64,000 nucleotides of DNA, taken from NCBI GenBank assembly GCA_964187785.1, contig OZ076415.1, forward strand, positions 34,286,001 through 34,350,000, in the 5' to 3' direction. The stretch is from Amphiscolops sp. MND2022. Its lineage: Eukaryota. The notes under the pieces are model-generated. The model saw nothing but the letters and a program-made list of their open reading frames with translations. It did no database searches and was not told the DNA's origin. The first letter of the stretch is position 1. Every line of letters starts with the position of its first letter. The position numbers and the translations under genes are program-made. Of the stretch, positions 57,163 through 64,000 are shown one piece after another.

Positions 57163-57962
57163 CATTAGAGTGCATAGGCAAGCTTAATTTGCTCAAAGCA
57201 CAATTTTGTGCTTTCAATACCTCGGATTCCACGACCAAACCTTCAACCGTGCAAAATTGGCAAATTACGTCAAAAGTCCCGGATTCCACGGATTTTGTCG
57301 TGGATTCCAGTAACAAATGCTAAGCTGTACGCGCTGTCGACATGCCGCTGTGCCCCGGATTCCACAAAAACGTAAGTTTTGCTAAACGAACCAATCAGAT
57401 TGCAGAAATTATAAATTTCCTGGATTCCACGACTTTATGCTTGACGCGACACCTGGCATCTCTTCTTGAATTAAATTCAAGTGAAAGAGTGAACAAACAT
57501 AATTTCATGCACTACTTTTCGTAAATTGATTCAAAATGATTCAGACTACCACACAAATGTTCGTGTTTTACGAAGTTCAGTACCAGTTTTGATCAAAGCT
57601 GCCACAACATCACAATCTGTCATTATTTGATGACATGCTGCAATTTTGGTACCAGTCATGAATATCTCTATTCGTACTTTGGGATTTTTCGTGTGAATCA
57701 AAACAATTTCCATTGATATAAAATTGATTTATTTCAAGTCCTTCTGCCTTTCCAAGAATGATCACTCAAATTCTGAGAGCAGCGGCAAACGCGTCATTAT
57801 AGTAGCAGTATTGGCGTAGAATGCAGGATAAGCACTGTCGTGGAATCCAAGACACGCTCAACATCAAAGTGAAATTTTGTCCTGGATTCCACGACTTTTC
57901 TCAATTTTCGTGTCCCGGATTCCACGAAAAGCAGCAAAATAGCTTGCCTGTGCACTGTAATG
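57163..57962. mobile_element. Longer (800 bp) member of the same MITE family, opposite orientation
   Basis: Same TIRs; both terminal about 110-170 bp blocks align with 40320-40544; multiple GGATTCCAC motifs. Confidence 0.75.
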
Positions 57963-60900
57963 TCGGAATACCACAAAAGCCTTAGACAACCCAAAATTGT
58001 ACCATTTCACCCAAAACATACAGTCCGAGAGTTCTGCCGATTTTGCAAAGAAATGCGGACACGCCCGGTGCAATTTCCCACGGACTGTTCCGCAGGAACA
58101 AAGCTCAATATTACTGTTTCAGACGCTTGTTTTGACATACGTTGTGATTGATTAATGCTTATTTGCCGGTGTATGATGATGTCGGATCTGTTAAATGTAG
58201 GATCCCCTATTTTCATCATTTTTTCCCTTAAAAAATATGTTTCGCCTGAATACTTTTTTGGAACTCGGGTGTATGTAGGAAGTCGCAGGAACCTTGGGAT
58301 TCGTTTTTACGTGGTTGCGGGACGTGTCCTGACTTTGAGTGTGCCGGCACGTCGCCACGGAGATCTAACTTGGGCGCGTCCTCGACGTTCGGAAAATTCC
58401 TCTAGGAGACCACCTTCGGGACAAAAACTGATGTCTAGAGTTGTAGTAAGATAATCTCAAGTCAAGGCACTATAGGCATTGTCCCAGCTCTAGTATGCAG
58501 ACTCTAGCTTGACGTTACACCAAGAGTCTACTACTTCGCAAATTGTTTTGCTTTCGAACTCTGCGGATACTTACACCGACAGCACAACCAAAATCCAAGT
58601 ACATTAAACAGATAATAGTCGAGAAAAAAAGAAGAAAAAAGCACCCTTCCGCGGGGTCGGTTGTCCTTTTCAAAACAAAGCTTTTTCTTGATATTATTGT
58701 CGCATTGCCAGCTATTGTTCCATATTTGAGGCTAACTGAGGTTTTAGCTGCTGTGATTTAGTGACTTGCTTAGAGTCACAAAGGCTTGCTTCATTGAAAC
58801 AAATTGGAATCGAAACCTAGATTTTCATCAGTAGATAAATTAGCGTAAAAAGGCGATACTTAGTGCTTACGTTTTATATTGGTTTTCTTAGTTTTCGAGA
58901 AGCAGGCATGAATTCATTGTTTGTTAGCACGTAGGATAAACAAAACCTAATGTCAATTTTACAGCAGACACGGTTGGTGTCGAATTTGTAAATAATACTC
59001 GTTGCAGGATACTCGTTCGCAGAGAAATTTACGTTCGCAGCGAAACAACTAGACTCTGACGCGCAGGTTATTGTTATAGGATCTGAGAAACGATTCAGGG
59101 GACTTACAAAGAAAAAAGTGATTTTCTAGGGAGTTGGAATTTCTTTGTAAATTATTCAGTTCTTAACTTTTCAAGAATCCAATTGCTGCGATCAAATAAA
59201 TGCATTGGCGATCAAATTTTTCTGTTGAGAAGAGCAAAAACAAAAGTTAATCAGTAATGTTGAAATCTTTATGCCGATACTAACTTTTTTCAGGCCTTGT
59301 GATTAGAATATTCCTGTTGCGTGGTTTGTTTCTTCTCTGGTTTAATTGTTTTATTTACCTTTCTGAATTCTTTTCTAGCGTTCAATTTTTTGTTTCTGCT
59401 TTGAATTCATGCAGTGTTGCTATAAACATGCTAATTAGCTCCCCTTTCAACGTTTCTCCCTATGAACTAACGTTTTGATAATTTAAAAACAAAACATTCA
59501 AGAATCTCATTTCAAGTGGCTTCTGTTCTCAAGACACAAACACAACCAGCGACTCTGATATAGAGAAAAAATAAATAAAAGAGAATACAAGAATGCACGC
59601 AACAATAATTTCTGTGCCTAATGAAACATGCTTCGTGCAAATGTAAGTCAAGACAAGATCTCATGAACAAACAATAACACATTTTGGGGGAGTTTCCATT
59701 TTCTGTTGAAAAACACTACTTTCATCATATACGTCGAAGTAATTTATTTTTCAAACGTCATTGTGCGTGAAAAACTACTACGTATATGACCTCGCTTTCA
59801 ACGAGTACCTAGAAATTCAAATGAAAACAAACTTTAATAACCAAATTTTAGCAATCAATTGTTGGGCTTTTGTTGAAAGTCAAACGTTTCCGGAATTTGA
59901 CTTGATCATAGAAGATTATAAATGCCATCAAAATTATTTTGCTAAGTATGTGTTTTTGGGCCATCACTTTTCTTTAAAAGATTCGCATGATTTTTGATCA
60001 GCTTCCGCACCTTGTTTTTTATCAAAAAAAAGCTCAAAAACTGCTGGCCTTTTTCAGTTTATTTTCTTCGCTCGCTCCCGAACGAGAAAGTCTAAACTTT
60101 AGTCGTCATTTTTGATAACATCACAATTGTTCAACGTTAACGGCATATAACCGGCCAGATCTTCAAAAAAGCGAACTCTGTTTCATTATTGGAAGAGTAA
60201 GTCTATCATGTAAACATTGTTTGAGCTGAAACTATACTGCAACACGAGGCGCAGTGGCACTGCGCTACTTTCAGAAATTCTGAAACGATTCTGCCGATTG
60301 AAAAAGTATATAAATATGCTCAGGACGTTTTTTATGAAAAAAAAGTTACAAAAAGTTTCGAAACACCCAAAGGGTGGCTTTCGTTCCCGGAAAGCACTAC
60401 CTAAGTTCGGATAAAGAGTGCTGGGCCCACATGGGAGTGCTTTTATTCGAAATTCGACCTTCTGCTTAAAAAACGCATTTCATTTTGGATATAACGTCAT
60501 AGTTCGGATAGTATTGAAAAAAAGGTTGATACATTTTGAGAAAAAATCGGTGAAACCAAAACTTCTGAGTTGTCTATTAACGAAAAAGCCTTAGAAACAA
60601 TGATACCCGAAGGCGGCACCCATTAGAAACACCCGATATTGCTTTCTAGTAAAGTAGGCAGGCTGGAAGAAAGTCCCGTGTGAGGCCAGTGTGAGGTCTG
60701 TGGTATGCGGCACCTTCAAGTCTTAATTCAATACCAAATATGCAACCGGACATTTTAATATCGTGGAGAAATCTCACTATTGATCTAGAAAATTCCTCCA
60801 TATCAATTCTACAGAAAACTTGCTTTCATTTCGTAGCCAAGATACGATACAAGTCGGGAAAAACCTTAATAGTTCGCAAAAAGCGCATTTACTGGTTGTT

Positions 60901-61094
60901 TCTTATTACAAAAAAAAACATTTTATTGACCTTCAGAATAGTTCCATATGGTTATAGTCTAACCCCCTGTCTCAGACCGCGCCCTGCCTTAGTAATTTAA
61001 AAACAAACTGAAACTAAAGCACTAGAGACAAGCTGTGTTAGTTATTGACTTTGTGATGTCACAACACTAAGAAAGGTACTCAAAAGGACTTTAA

Positions 61095-61545
61095 TCTACG
61101 TTACCATATCGTCAGCCATTTAAAACAGCGCTGAAAGAACAACTTCACGTCATCGCTGCGTCAGAGCTTTGGCAATCAGGTTGAACAAGCGCAGCTATGA
61201 CAGCTAGGATCGAAAATGGAACTTTACGTCAACACTACGTCAATCACCAGTCACGGTTTGAATTATACGATTTACGTCAAATGATCAAAGCGGAATTAGT
61301 CAAATGAAATTCGTCGACGCTACGTCAATACTAAATAAAGGTGCCCCAAGATTTATTCCAAAGCAGGTCGAAAATGCTAGAGAGGACTGAAAGTGAATCT
61401 ACGTCAACAATACGTCGCAAATATGCTAGCTTAGACTGATCTACGTTAGCACAGCATCGCATATAGAACAGCTAAGTCAGGATTTTTACGCCAACACTGC
61501 GTAAACAATTGTACAAAAGAAATCACGCGCACTGCGTTAAATGAA
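61095..61545. repeat. Degenerate array rich in TACGTCAA (ATF/CREB-like half sites)
   Basis: Exact TACGTCAA at 61225, 61236, 61273, 61321, 61400 plus variants. Confidence 0.7.
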
Positions 61546-62649
61546 GGTAGAATAAGATAGAAACTAAGGGTTTTAACAGGGATCGCAAACGTTAGACTGA
61601 AGTGACTTTTATTGGAAGTTGTATCATTGAAACCAAATGAGAATGAAAGTCACAGTTTATTACTGAATGGAAATTCTAGTACTCGTAATTATTTGTTATT
61701 TACTTTGAAAACTTTTCACGGCTCAATGAAGGTTGAGTGCTTTGTGAATTTGCAGCGATTGTTGTTTTTGATAATAAGTTAACTTTATCAATGTCTTACC
61801 TAAAAATCAATGTTTACCTAAAAATATTGGGTTAATCGTACTATACGTTTTTTGTCTATTAGCTGGATTTGTTGGATAACAATTTTTATGCAAAGGTCCG
61901 TTTCGTAATTTTCAATTTTCTTTTTGCGTCGTCAAAAAATCCATCTAAATTGGTTTATTTTTTGCCGACCAAGGTGGAAATGGAGGAAATACTTGTGCAC
62001 GTCAGCGTTAACTCAGCATCAATTTCTACCGCCGATTAAGCTGACAAACCAGGAATACTTTCGGTCTGTTGATGAAACGTAAAATTTATTTCCTGCTTTG
62101 GGAAAAGACTTGTGACGCCCGAGTGAAATGATTTGCTGATGTATCATGACTAATTCTGAAATGGGAAAATTAATCGAATGTCGACGAAATGTCGACTTAA
62201 TCAGGAAATTTGTCGATATTCGTCCTGAAAAAGCAGGATATGACTAATATTTCGAGGTAAATTGGTGTACGCAAATACGAACAGATGCTTCTTAGGGAGA
62301 AAAATTACCGTAGATTTTCTACGAAGATTCAATTGATTGTTCTAATCTTTGCTTTCAAAACGCATACAAGTGCGAAAATTAACTTGAAAATCATTTTTAA
62401 AACAACAATTTCCTTCACTGAAGATTGTCAACAAGGATCCAGGAGAGTGAAGCTGTTCGTCAGGAGGCCTCAGAAGTTGAAACCCTGATTTTGTGTTCCT
62501 TTTTTTGTTCAAAATACTAATTTTGGTGCCCAAGACCTCATGATTGCGGGCCCTTTCTGTCAAAAACCGACCGGAGTAGAAAATAGCGAACTGAAGAGAT
62601 TGAGAGCGTTCCTAAAGCAGAAATAACATCTGGAATCAAGAGTCTACTT

Positions 62650-63230
62650 GTAGATGGATTCTCAGAAAGAATTGCTATAACTTTTAGAACCCTTTCCTAG
62701 AGCGGACGCACTTTGTCCCGAAAATCAAGACGAATATACACCAATGAAGTGTTGAAATCTCAATGATATTTACATACCCATCCAGCGTGAGAACCTGAAA
62801 CCAACGAAAGTAGCAACTTCACGAAAAATATCCTTGATTTGCTCTATTAAGAGAATGTTCCCTCCTAAAAAGCAAAGACAGAACAATGGTAATCCACATT
62901 AGTCGAGTACAATGACATCATTGCAAACACCAACTCGACTTTGGGATCAACAACGATTTAGAAGGTGAATTTAGCCCCAAAGCGCGACACTCCCGTGTAC
63001 GCCCAAGGATTATCTCTACCCATCAAAATCAAAGAAGACCTCACAGTCGCACTTGCCCTTATGCAAAGATACGATTTATTCATTACCCTCTGGTTCTCCA
63101 AACGCGCAAGCTTGATGATAAATGACTCATTGTTTGACAACTACATCAACAAAAACAACCACCCCGTCAGTACCTTGTCAGATGCAGCCCAACACTTGGC
63201 GAGGACATCGATTAGCACGAAACGTGGCAC
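62650..63230 (+). pseudogene. Ty3/Gypsy-type pol relic (region just upstream of RT and RT N-terminus), internally deleted
   Basis: LVEYNDI...KVNLAPK..PVYAQ.L.LPIKIKEDLTVALALMQ.Y...TL.FSK.AS and NHPVSTLSDAAQHLA; the PIFA...LRxxVDxRxIN block expected between them is missing. Confidence 0.65.
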
Positions 63231-64000
63231 CAAAAGCTGGCAACATACTGGGTATTACCCTCCTCATATTCATGACCCGGCAGTATAACCCTTCCACCAG
63301 AGACAAGTGAGTTTGCTATCCTCTGTAAGTAGGAAGAGTAGACCTCCAGTGGTTGAATTTGTTTTAGACAAATTACAATGGCGTAGTCTCTGAAACTCAC
63401 ATTCCCCATTCGACGCGTCAGGAAAAACTCACCTGTGCAAATACTCATGGGGAAAGACACTGTCATTAGAATTCAACACAAAGGCTTAATGGTACGCGGA
63501 AAGTTTCAAATCAAAGGATTGTTGAATAGCGAGCGCGTCAGCGTCACTAATACGCACATCTCACTTAAAGTACAAAACTGAGTCTCATCTTCACTATGCA
63601 AATCGTAATCTATTAAGAACAAAGGAGTCTGAGACAACCCAATATACAATAGCGTAAGATTGACGTCACAAATGACCAGGGTTGAAACAACACAAAGCAC
63701 TATACCACAACATTGACGTCAGATATTTACCGGATTAGATCAAAATATGAAGACTCAAGATTATTGTCATAGGAAACGCTGGGTCAAAATAACTATTTAT
63801 TAGGTGACGTGAAAAAGGACTCAAAAATGTTATAAAATGAACAAACTATTAAATGAAGAAAAAACCAACGAAAAAGCGACAATGTCTCTTCTTGACAGAA
63901 AAATTTTTTCAACAGTTTAGCTCAGGAGGGTTAAAATGATCAAACAGCCTATCAAAAACTTATGAAAATACTCTATAATCCTAAAACTTTCTACACCATT

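Noticed and set aside
57797-60414. Short ORFs upstream of the GPCR
   Set aside because: Overlap repeats or AT-rich DNA, with no recognisable motifs

Overview
AT-rich eukaryotic (invertebrate-type) genomic DNA; no prokaryotic systems. (1) Most of the window is one + strand gene, open at the left edge: 24 recognisable exons from 166 to 39981, all phase 0, including a 10,575-bp exon, together encoding at least 5,049 aa of a Glu/Ser/Asp-rich, largely low-complexity protein with duplicated modules and a coiled-coil-like tail. (2) Two decayed BEL/Pao LTR retrotransposons on the - strand: 6556-14512 (in an intron) and 43154-49927. Both have LTRs containing a tRNA-like RNA polymerase III promoter cassette (A and B boxes), a near-identical 18-nt PBS and a covarying 25-nt hairpin motif upstream of gag. 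The first also carries an SGNH-hydrolase-like ORF between PBS and gag; the second is internally inverted with a breakpoint exactly at the end of the PBS. (3) A class A GPCR-like ORF (- strand, 54771-56879) with an eighth hydrophobic helix and a C-terminal C-type-lectin-like domain. (4) A Tc1 transposase relic, a Gypsy RT relic, MITEs (one a perfect 160-bp palindrome), tRNA-derived SINE-like pieces and an abundant Helentron/DINE-1-like repeat family. All calls are by eye from the sequence and ORF track; no database search was run.
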